DNA of 64,000 nucleotides from Octopus vulgaris (Eukaryota): NCBI GenBank assembly GCA_951406725.2, contig OX597817.1, positions 65,038,001 to 65,102,000 of the forward strand, read 5' to 3'. Shown piece by piece: positions 1 to 9,556 of this stretch (position 1 is its first letter; each line of letters starts with the position of its first letter). The notes under the pieces were generated by a model. It saw only the letters and a program-made list of their open reading frames with translations, ran no database searches and was not told where the DNA came from. The position numbers and the translations under genes were made by a program.

Positions 1-244
1 TGAAGGAATAATTGTGGATTACGTCAATCAATTGTCCAAGGTCAGAATTAGAATATGGAATATAGCCGCAATGGATCGAATCGCAAAGTCTTCTTTATCT
101 ATGGCAGTTGTCTCTTCTCATTGGATTATATTCCTAGAATGATCTTTCTTTATTGATCTGCATATAATGCATATATATATATAAATATAAACTTACTTGG
201 AAATGGATGCGTGGAGTTCAATCATATAATAATAAAAATAATAT

Positions 245-301
<57 letters not shown>

Positions 302-321
302 TGTACATACATACGTACTTA

Positions 322-375
<54 letters not shown>

Positions 376-439
376 TACATACGTACGCATGCATATATAT
401 ATATATATATATACATATATGTACATACATACGTACGTA

Positions 440-495
<56 letters not shown>

Positions 496-500
496 TATAT

Positions 501-748
501 GGGTACAGGATGGCACAAAACGTAAACAACTTGAAATGTGAAGTCAAACAGGTATGTGAACAACGAGAGAAACAAATGGAAAGCAATACAAATAACATAA
601 AGAACGGCCCTTCATCAGTTGTAGATGGACAGCCGACAACTGATGAAGGGTCGTTCTTTATATTACTTGTTTTGTTTTCCATTTGTTTCCCTCATTGTTC
701 ACATATCTGTTTGTTTTCATATTTCATGTTGTTTACGTTTCGTGATCC
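501..748. repeat. Head-to-head inverted repeat (arms about 115-120 bp) between (TA)n tracts; Penelope-LTR-like
   Basis: CCCTTCATCAGTTGT ... ACAACTGATGAAGGG at the centre; arms are imperfect reverse complements. Confidence 0.8.
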
Positions 749-779
749 ATATATGCATATATATGTATGTACATATATG

Positions 780-837
<58 letters not shown>

Positions 838-878
838 TACATATATTTTATTTATATTATTATAATACACACACATAG

Positions 879-953
<75 letters not shown>

Positions 954-997
954 GTATATATATATATATTAAAACAATATTCCTTAGTAATATCACT

Positions 998-1033
<36 letters not shown>

Positions 1034-1507
1034 AATTCATCCACATTTTCCTTATATATGGCGTAATTTAACATAACTTAATTTAATATAATATAATAGA
1101 GTCAAGCCCCTATATTAATTTCTTTATTGACTTTTACTATCCTACCTACTAATCGTTAACCCTGGATTATTTGTTTTATATTTGTATACATTTATTTATT
1201 TTTGCCTACTTTGTTGTTTATGTTATCGGTTATCCATTAACCAACCATAAAGTCATGGCCTTTCAAAACAATAGATGACCAACTAGATTATGGCACTGAC
1301 CATTACCCCCTCCCCACTTCCCGCATGATTTCAGCAACTCCATAAACAAAAAGTAATGGGAACGGGATATAATAAAGTATCTTAATTAATACCCGGAAAT
1401 GTATTACTTTTAGTACCGACTAATATCAAAGATATTAATATAAACTCTAACCCACTTATTGTGGACCTTTATCTCAAGCTCTCAATAGAAAACATATCGC
1501 ATGTTTA

Positions 1508-1561
<54 letters not shown>

Positions 1562-1667
1562 TTGTGTATAATTACTATAATTATATAAAAAGAAGAATAC
1601 GAACTACTACAGTAATCCTCCCTTCTTAACACATGAAATATGTATGTGCCTATGGGTATGTTTGTAC

Positions 1668-1736
<69 letters not shown>

Positions 1737-1849
1737 TGTGTATTCCTAATTTCTATACCTTTTCGTTCCTACATAACTATAATAATCTTAAGATATATTG
1801 ATTATTTAAATTCCACTATTATCTCTCTTTTGATAACTTTCTCTTTCCT

Positions 1850-2245
1850 CTTTACTCTTTTACTTGTTTCAGTCATTTGACTGCGGCCATGCTGGAGCAC
1901 CGCCTTTAGTCGAGCAAATCGACCCCGGGACTTATTCTTTGTAAGCCCAGTACTTATTCTATCGGTCACTTTTGCCGAACCGCTAAGTGACGGGGACGTA
2001 AACACACCAGCATCGGTTGTCAAGCAATGCTAGAGGGACAAACACATACACACATACAGATATATATATGTATACATATATACGACAGGCTTCTTTCAGT
2101 TTCCGTCTACCAAATCCACTCACAAGGCATTGGTCGGCCCGGGGCTATAGCAGAAGACACTTGCCCAAGATGCCACGCAGTGGGACTGAACCCGGAACCA
2201 TGTGGTTGGTTAGCAAGCTACTTACCACACAGCCACTCCTGCGCC
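1850..2245 (-). mobile_element. tRNA-derived CORE-like SINE (family A), full-length
   Basis: Head GGCGCAGGAGTGGCTGTGTGGTAAG..GGTTCAGTCCC, then GCATCTTGGGCAAGTGTCTT. Related copies at about 20160-20535, 21313-21480, 31725-31870, 32655-32810, 38775-38905, 58585-58960, 59885-60265, 60975-61050 and 61560-62025. Confidence 0.85.
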
Positions 2246-2332
2246 TCTGTTTATACTTTACCTAATAAGAATTATATAATACACCTAATAATAATAATAA
2301 TTAATTCTTTTGTGTGCATATACATACATACG

Positions 2333-2367
<35 letters not shown>

Positions 2368-2472
2368 GTATAGGTATGTATTTATGTATATTTATGTATA
2401 TGCATGTATATGTAAAAGTGTGTATATATGTATGTATTTATATTTATAACTTAACCTTATGAACTTTCTAAA

Positions 2473-2598
2473 CTCTCTGACGAAGCCCAGAAGCACACCC
2501 AAGGACCTTAATCGTATCTACCAAATACTTCAGTTCACTGAAGGGAAATGAAGTAAAGTGGGGGTATTGAGACTTTTTGGCTGAAACAGCTGTAAGAA
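2473..2598 (+). ncRNA. Type I hammerhead with a long stem II, in a Penelope-LTR-like fragment (about 2440-2795)
   Basis: TCT-CTGACGA-AGCC...GGCT-GAA-ACAGCTGT-A-AGA; palindromic stem III. Confidence 0.65.
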
Positions 2599-3286
2599 TC
2601 TATTCTACTTTCTATGTTCCACGTTATATATTTTAATAATTACTGGCATTGTTATATATGTAAACCATAATATGTTATATATGTATGTATATTGTTATAA
2701 TTGTTTTTTTTATATAAATAAATAAATAGACATAATATAATGTCTTAAAGTTGATGAATACCACCTCTTGACCCCTCTATTTTCTTATTGCCGAATATAT
2801 ATATATATATAATTAAAATTAAAATGAGGGTGAAAAATTGGATATTAATTTGATAACATCAATTTAATACCACTGGTCTAGCATATCAAAAAACTGAGGT
2901 TCAGTAAATAGTATTACATACATATAAGAGGGAATTACCATTATGTGGAAACCCTTATGCTAGAAGAAGATCCGCTATGGTCTTACCACTAATTGTTCTC
3001 TAGAAAATTTAGCAAACACCAGAAACGTAAGCGAGTAAGACGAATGAAAAGTAACAAAAATATAGATTAATCATAAACAATGTTTCACTATCAACAAATT
3101 ACCTAATTTTACTTACATAATTTATCTGTAGATCTTCAGTATGATCGTCCATATGGACGATCATACATATATGTATGTATCCATGTATGCATGTATGTAT
3201 GTATATATATATATATATATATATGTTTCCATATATTTCTAAAATTTAACAAAAACACAACAAACGAAAATAGAAAAACATAACGA

Positions 3287-3378
3287 ATTCGTAGCTTATT
3301 TTTCATCAGTCAACGTCCCCCCACCAAAAATCCATACAATTTCACGCCTTTAACGTTGATACTATTCACTCTTGGTGG
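3287..3378 (-). ncRNA. Permuted hammerhead-like motif, third sequence type
   Basis: Minus strand: CCACCAAGAGT..ATAGT-A-TCAACGT-taaaggcgt-GAA-ATTGT..ATTTTTGGTGG..ACGTTGA-CTGATGA; again a 20-nt loop. Confidence 0.55.
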
Positions 3379-3769
3379 TACCAGTGGCAGAAAGCCAGTG
3401 TGAATAGCTAACGAATGTTTAGGACAATGACGAAAATAAACATGACAAAATAAATCATACATATTCAACAAGAAAAGCCATGCGGCCGCAAGACAGGCTG
3501 ACATGGGGTAATGCAAAGGAAAACGCACTGTAGTACTGGAGACTAGAGAAGGGCAGGTAGAAAGTCAAAACGAAGGAAGAAGTAAAGTATCAGAGTGGGA
3601 AAGAGAGAGAAAATGAGTGGAAGGAAGGCAAAAGAGAGGCAAAGAAAGAGAGACAGAAATAGATGTCGCACAGAAAATATTCAAAGAATATTTTACAAAT
3701 GAGTAAAAAAACCAGTAGTGAGTAGTGTTACACACACACATACACATAAATATATATATATATATATTG

Positions 3770-3824
<55 letters not shown>

Positions 3825-3825
3825 A

Positions 3826-4232
3826 CTTAGATAACTGAGATAGGGTTCGACCAAAGATTGGCCCAGGCCATGTCTAACTTAATAGCACCACCTGATAGGA
3901 TTTGTTGAATCCTTTTTAAGTAAAGTTTTGTGACATTATGGTCTATTCGAGTAGGGAGTTCTTGTTGAGTGAGTTGTATTCAGGTATAGGTGACTTATTT
4001 GGTATACCTTGGAGAAATTTGTCCAGACTCCGTTTAAAGGTGATGGGATCCTTTTCCTCTTTAATCTGTTTCGGAACAATGTTAAATAGGGTAGGGCCTG
4101 CTGAGGAAAAGAAATTTTGTTGCAGTGTATTTATGTGTTGTGATACTGAATTGGAGAGGGAACGTATGGCCTGTGGTCCTAGCCTTGGATTAATTTTGAA
4201 CCTAATGTTGAGGTCGTTGGAGAGAATAGAGT
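3826..4232 (-). mobile_element. 3' fragment of a CR1/L2/jockey-group LINE
   Basis: Minus frame reads ..[40 protein letters not shown].., a typical RT C-terminal tail, followed by a short 3' UTR. Confidence 0.6.
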
Positions 4233-4354
4233 TTCAATATATATATATTATATATATATATACACACACCCATGTATATGTAGTATATACATATACGTAT
4301 GTGTTGTATGTGGGTATATATATCTATATATATCTATATATATCTATATCTATC

Positions 4355-4385
<31 letters not shown>

Positions 4386-4447
4386 CTATATATATATATA
4401 CATATAAATACATTGATATACATACGTGCAAATATGTGCATATAAGT

Positions 4448-4522
<75 letters not shown>

Positions 4523-4966
4523 TTGTGTGTTATATATAATTTTATCAGTCACGCTATATCGACCAGACTATCCGATGTTGTTGTACAGCTCACATCACAA
4601 AGCGCTTATGCATTCTTGCCTGCACCCTTCTTTTCCATCTTCGCCCAAATCGTTTAACTAAATTGTCTTCCCATTGTCGTGTACATAGTGTGTATATAAC
4701 ACACGAAACTCTCGGCCTTTGAGTCACAATGTTGCTTCTACTTATATTGCTTCTACCACCACTGCCAACCCACCAACAACAGGGTGTTACGGTTCAAGGT
4801 CTAGACACACAATGATCGTTGGATGACGTCTGATGGTATCAAACACACATACACACACACATGCAAAATTCTTAAGTACTAAGCTCACTTTCTCTCCCTT
4901 GGTGACTTGTACCCCATCTCACAGTTCCTCACAGTCTCTCTCTCATATACAGCGATTGCTATCAGT

Positions 4967-4986
4967 TTTATTCTTTATTATTTATT
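4967..4986 (-). terminator. Candidate polyadenylation signals for the knottin gene
   Basis: Three AATAAA hexamers on the minus strand (tttatt on +) about 250-270 nt past the stop codon; the context is AT-rich, so this is weak evidence. Confidence 0.35.
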
Positions 4987-5239
4987 TAATATTCATCATT
5001 ACAATTGTTTTTTTTTATTATGCGAAATCCTAATCTCGAATTAGGCACAAGTCATCGATTTATCTATTAAATGGTTGTGGAAGGAACGGGCAGCTGTATT
5101 ATATCGCGTTAAAGATGATGATGTTGATGTTGTTTCTCACTGTCCCTTAATATTTAGGCACTTGTTTGTTCAGTGTGTCGCCCTTTCTTCATGATTCCAT
5201 CTTTTGTCGTAGTGTTATTTTGACAAATTTTCGAATAAT

Positions 5240-5465
5240 TTAATAACAGCGACCGAAAAAGTGGAAGAACTTCATACGATTGCATCTTAATGACCCACAG
5301 CATCTTTGCAGGAAACTACATCGGTCGCCAGCTGGTCTGCATTCAAAGAAACCTCGTTTCCCATCTGGGTAACCGTAAAAAGATGTGGTACTGTAATAGT
5401 GGAAATCCCTCCTGTTCATAGGGTCAGCTGCTGAACTGATGACCGACCGTGGAGTTTGTTGCTCC
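5240..5465 (-). CDS. Coding exon 3: pro-region, RR-DFHYYSTTSFYGYPD-GKR, and mature ICK peptide GFFECRPAGDRCSFLQRCCGSLRCNRMKFFHFFGRCY*
   Basis: Branch-point-like TACTAAT, then tattctgtttactAG acceptor; phase-2 start; dibasic sites RR and GKR; cysteine spacing C-X6-C-X5-CC-X4-C-X11-C; TAA at 5242-5240. Confidence 0.9.
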
Positions 5466-5584
5466 CTAGTAAACAGAATATATAAGAGTATTAGTATTAT
5501 ACAAACATACATGCATACATGCATACATACATACATACATACATACATACATACATACATACATACATACATACATACATACAA

Positions 5585-5930
5585 AAATACTCTGTTGTTG
5601 ATGTTGAAATTCCAATGAAGGAACCTTGGATCTCGGTTAGAAATCGGTTCTATCTCTATTGGCAAGAAGTCTTGAAATAAACTGAATAATGACATACATA
5701 CATACAAGTTCAGGTTTATACCTGTAACTATTGGGACCCCGGGATATGTAACACTGCCTAAATACCAATCTTGAGAAATTTAGCTCCCGAAAACCAGAAA
5801 GCGGAAAGCTAATTCAAAGACTACAGATCGAATCCATCACTGGAACTGCAAAAATCTGTAAAACTTTCCAGAAGTTTATCATTTAAATATATATGAGCAT
5901 GTTTAGATATGCAACTATATGCATGAGGAA
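5585..5930 (+). mobile_element. Short (CATA)n-embedded repeat (5585-5695) plus a C-terminal fragment of an RLE-type non-LTR element (5703-5890)
   Basis: YKFRFIPVTIGTPG..LIQRLQIESITGTAKICKTF-like reading; an inverted homolog of 5585-5695 lies at 6778-6883. Confidence 0.5.
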
Positions 5931-6597
5931 AACGGCTCCATCGTTGCAATTTATGTAGCAGTAACAATTCTATAGAGTTAAATTTTGAACTTATGAAAAG
6001 GCTTGCATATTTTCATTGGTCGCTGACAGCGTGCGTGCTTGCAGATCGTACATATGTTTTCCTTGGGGTTTATTTAAATTCTTCTTGGTAGAATTTAAAC
6101 TGATCACAAACAGCGTAGTATGGTCTCTTTCTTTTAATATAGATAATTCCAGAGATTTGTAAATAAGTGTGGGTCTATGAGTGTATATATGACAGTGGAT
6201 ATTTGCATGGGTGTGAGTGTATGCAGTTATTTTGTAGGTACGAATATATGAGTATGAGCCACTGTTTGCATTGATATAATGAATACACATGATTCGTATA
6301 CTAAAGTACGCTAATCGACGATTTTTGTGCATGTAAATATAAGTGTATGCTGTATACACATGCATTGGGGAGTGGGTGTATTTTTCTTTTTGTTGAATCA
6401 AATAGAGATATAAATGTATCTATGTATGAATAGCTAACAGGTTGAGAGAACGGATTAATGGATACTCTGAGAGTTATTTAGGTCTTTTGCAGAATTCAAG
6501 CTTGTTCATTACAGAATAACATGGGGTGGGGTATTAGTCAAGAAAGACTATTGATTTTTAACATATGAGTGCGTTAATGTGTGTGTGTATGTGTGTG

Positions 6598-6653
<56 letters not shown>

Positions 6654-6975
6654 CGTGCGTACATGCAGGTGTATGTGTGCATTGATAGACAGATATATTT
6701 ACATATATATATATATATATATATTGTGTGATGTATGTAGTAGGTTTTTATCAGTATGTATGTATGCATGTATGTATGTCATTGTTCATTTTTATTTCAA
6801 CATTACTTGCCAATAGAGAAAGAACCAGTTACTAACCTAGATTCGAGGCTCCTTCATTGGAATTTCAACATCAACAACAGGGTATGTATGTATGTATGTA
6901 TGTATGTATGTATGTATGTATGTGTGCAGATTTGTATGTTTTGTTTTTCTGTAATTTTGTTTTTCTGTAAATTTC

Positions 6976-7053
<78 letters not shown>

Positions 7054-7216
7054 GTTATCGCCATACTAATATGGCATTCTTATAAAAATAAGAATAAAGC
7101 TGTCCGCTTATTAGCTCCATGAGGCCATCGCCTTAAGTTAGCTATTTGATACACAAACTGTATCCATATAACCTTCGAACAAGGGAGGTCAGTCGCTCCA
7201 CACTACTTGACCGGCA

Positions 7217-7258
7217 GCTACAGACGCGTTTCGGGGTATTGCCCCTTTTCAATGCAGC
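7217..7258 (-). ncRNA. Type I hammerhead ribozyme, inverted copy
   Basis: Reverse complement of 7472-7513. Confidence 0.8.
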
Positions 7259-7471
7259 GTAGCCAGCCAGTAGGTGTCGCTTCCGACAATCTCTGTTCGA
7301 TGGTTTTATTTACCTAGTTTCGGTGGAATACATCCACTTGTTTTCAATAATAGAAATATTAAAATTACTAAGTCTCTCTAAAAGAGAACAGCGGCAGCGT
7401 TCCCGGAAAATAATAGGTAAATAAAACCATCGAACAGAGATTGTCGGAAGCGACACCTACTGGCTGGCTAC

Positions 7472-7513
7472 GCTGCATTGAAAAGGGGCAATACCCCGAA
7501 ACGCGTCTGTAGC
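7472..7513 (+). ncRNA. Type I minimal hammerhead ribozyme (U3-A8 core variant)
   Basis: GCTGCA-TTGAAAA-GGGG caata CCCC-GAA-ACGCGT-C-TGTAGC; palindromic stem III; predicted cleavage after C7507. Confidence 0.8.
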
Positions 7514-8041
7514 TGCCGGTCAAGTAGTGTGGAGCGACTGACTTCCCTTGTTCGAAGGTTATATGGATACAGTTTGTGTATCAAATAGCTAACTTAAGGC
7601 GATGACCTCATGGAGCTAATAAGCGGACAGCTTTATTCTTATTTTTATAAGAATGCCATATTAGTATGGCGATAACTATTATTTTCCGGGAACGCTGCCG
7701 CTGTTCTCTTTTAGAGAGACTTAGTAATTTTAATATTTCTATTATTGAAAACTAGTGGATGTCTTCCTCCTACCATAGGTAAATAAAACCATCGAACAGA
7801 GATTGTCGGAAGCGACACCTACTGATTTTTCCTTGGATTACGTCGGATTATTTTACGCTGTAAGATGTTATGTTAGTTCGTTCTGTTCTGGATTTAAACG
7901 TACAATTTTTGGAGTATTAACTTGTGGAACAAAGTAATTTTCGCCCTTCGGGGTAGAAAATTTCTTTTTATATATGAACTTTAATTCAGTGTGGAATTAA
8001 TTTTTATCTTGTCTCTTGTGACAAGTCACTTGCATTTTAAT

Positions 8042-9532
8042 ATGGATCTTGACTTAACGTCAAATTCTGATTTTCCCGAGATGGGAGAAGTTATAAAAAA
8101 TGGAAATCAAATGGATACAAAGGAGAAACAAAGTTTTTCGGAAGCCGTTGGAGGCAATGTTATAGAACTGGAAGTAACAATGGAGGATCTCTTCAAGTTC
8201 AGAAAGTTCATACAAAGGAATGGAGAAGAAACGAGAATAATACCGCCCCTGACACCTTACAAGCAATCCGTGAGAAGACGGTAATTTATAAGGTATATAA
8301 TATTAAGGAAAAAAAGATTGCAGATGTAAGAAATGAATTGGTAGAACGGTGCATGGCACCAATTTGGAACAAGGTTCGCTATGTTGGCCGAGGAGTGAGA
8401 AGCGCTACTAATGAAGCGCATTTCGAGTCGGCTAGCATAGCGAAGGAAATTTCAACTCAAACGTTGAAGAGTGCAGACATCCTGTTGCTGCCCACGTACT
8501 TAGGGCGCAGAACAGCTAAGATAACAATAGAGGATATACCAACAGGTTACGATGTAATGTGGGCAGCAACAGCGGTCGTATTCGACGTAGAAGAGAAATT
8601 AAACATTTTAAACATGAGGATGAAAGAGGCAAAATTTTGGAAAGGTCAGCAGCTTGAAATGACCGTTCAAGCTGACAATGCAACGCTGGAGAGTTTGCCA
8701 GACAGGGTCTTCGTGGGGGATGGACACACTGCGCGGGTATCGGTGGAGGGACGTAGGCCCAGATGTTTCAAATGTGGGCAGAAGGGTCACGTCCGCTCAG
8801 AGTGCAAAAAGAAAAAACCCGTTAATGCCCCTATTCAAACCGCTGTGGAGAACAAAGCAGACATCACAGCAACAACAAAAGAGAATACCCGGAAAAAGCA
8901 AAATGAAAGTCAAAAGGAGGAAAAGAAAATGAATGGAAAACAAAGCGAAAACGAAAACGAGGTGGAAAATATTTTATCAAATAGAAAAGAACTGGAAGTA
9001 ATGGAATATACGACTGTAACCAACAAAAGGAAGAAATCCAATACCCCGGACTCCCCACCCCAAACAAAAAGAAAAACAAACGCAGAAGAACAACACAAAA
9101 AAATTATCCAATCCCACCCCGCTGGCACTACTTTTGTAGGCCAGCATTTCATTAAACCCCAGCCCCCAACTTTAAAAGGATTCAAAAAAACTGATAGGTG
9201 CATTGCTTATAACACAAAAAACGAGAGAGTAGTTTGGTACATAAAGGCGAAACCAAACATAAAATGTTTCAAATCATCGGAAAAAAAACCCGGATTGGAG
9301 GTATGCGAAGGTTGGAGAGGAGGAATGGAAGGAGAGACTATTCCAACTACACGTGAGGGACAACCTGATTAAAGATGTCACACAAGAGGTGATAGCTGGA
9401 AAATTGAATATTAGCCCGGCAGCCACTCCATCCCAGAGCCCGGTGGCAACGCCGGTTAAATGCCCAGCAACAACGGAGAGTGTGGGGGAGGCAGGCAGAC
9501 AAAAGCTGCCATGCTCCCTCTCACAACCGTAA
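8042..9532 (+). pseudogene. LINE ORF1 (gag-like, CCHC zinc knuckle), with two apparent 1-nt frameshifts
   Basis: Knuckle CFKCGQKGHVRSEC; the frame changes near 8260 and returns to the original frame at the A-run near 9281-9288, then stays open to TAA 9530-9532. Confidence 0.75.
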
Positions 9533-9556
9533 GTAACAAACTTTCTTCATTCATCG

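Larger units (their letters stand above)
7049..7824. repeat. 362-bp hammerhead-bearing repeat: one inverted, circularly permuted unit (7049-7414), one direct unit (7414-7775) and the start of a second direct unit
   Basis: TAGGTAAATAAAACC starts at 7414 and 7776; 7049-7316 is the reverse complement of about 7414-7681; flanked by (TA)n. Confidence 0.9.

Noticed and set aside
207-996. YI/IY-, VC-, HT-, LS-, poly-L/T/P/G-rich ORFs here and throughout the window
   Set aside because: Translations of microsatellites and trinucleotide tracts, with no other coding evidence.
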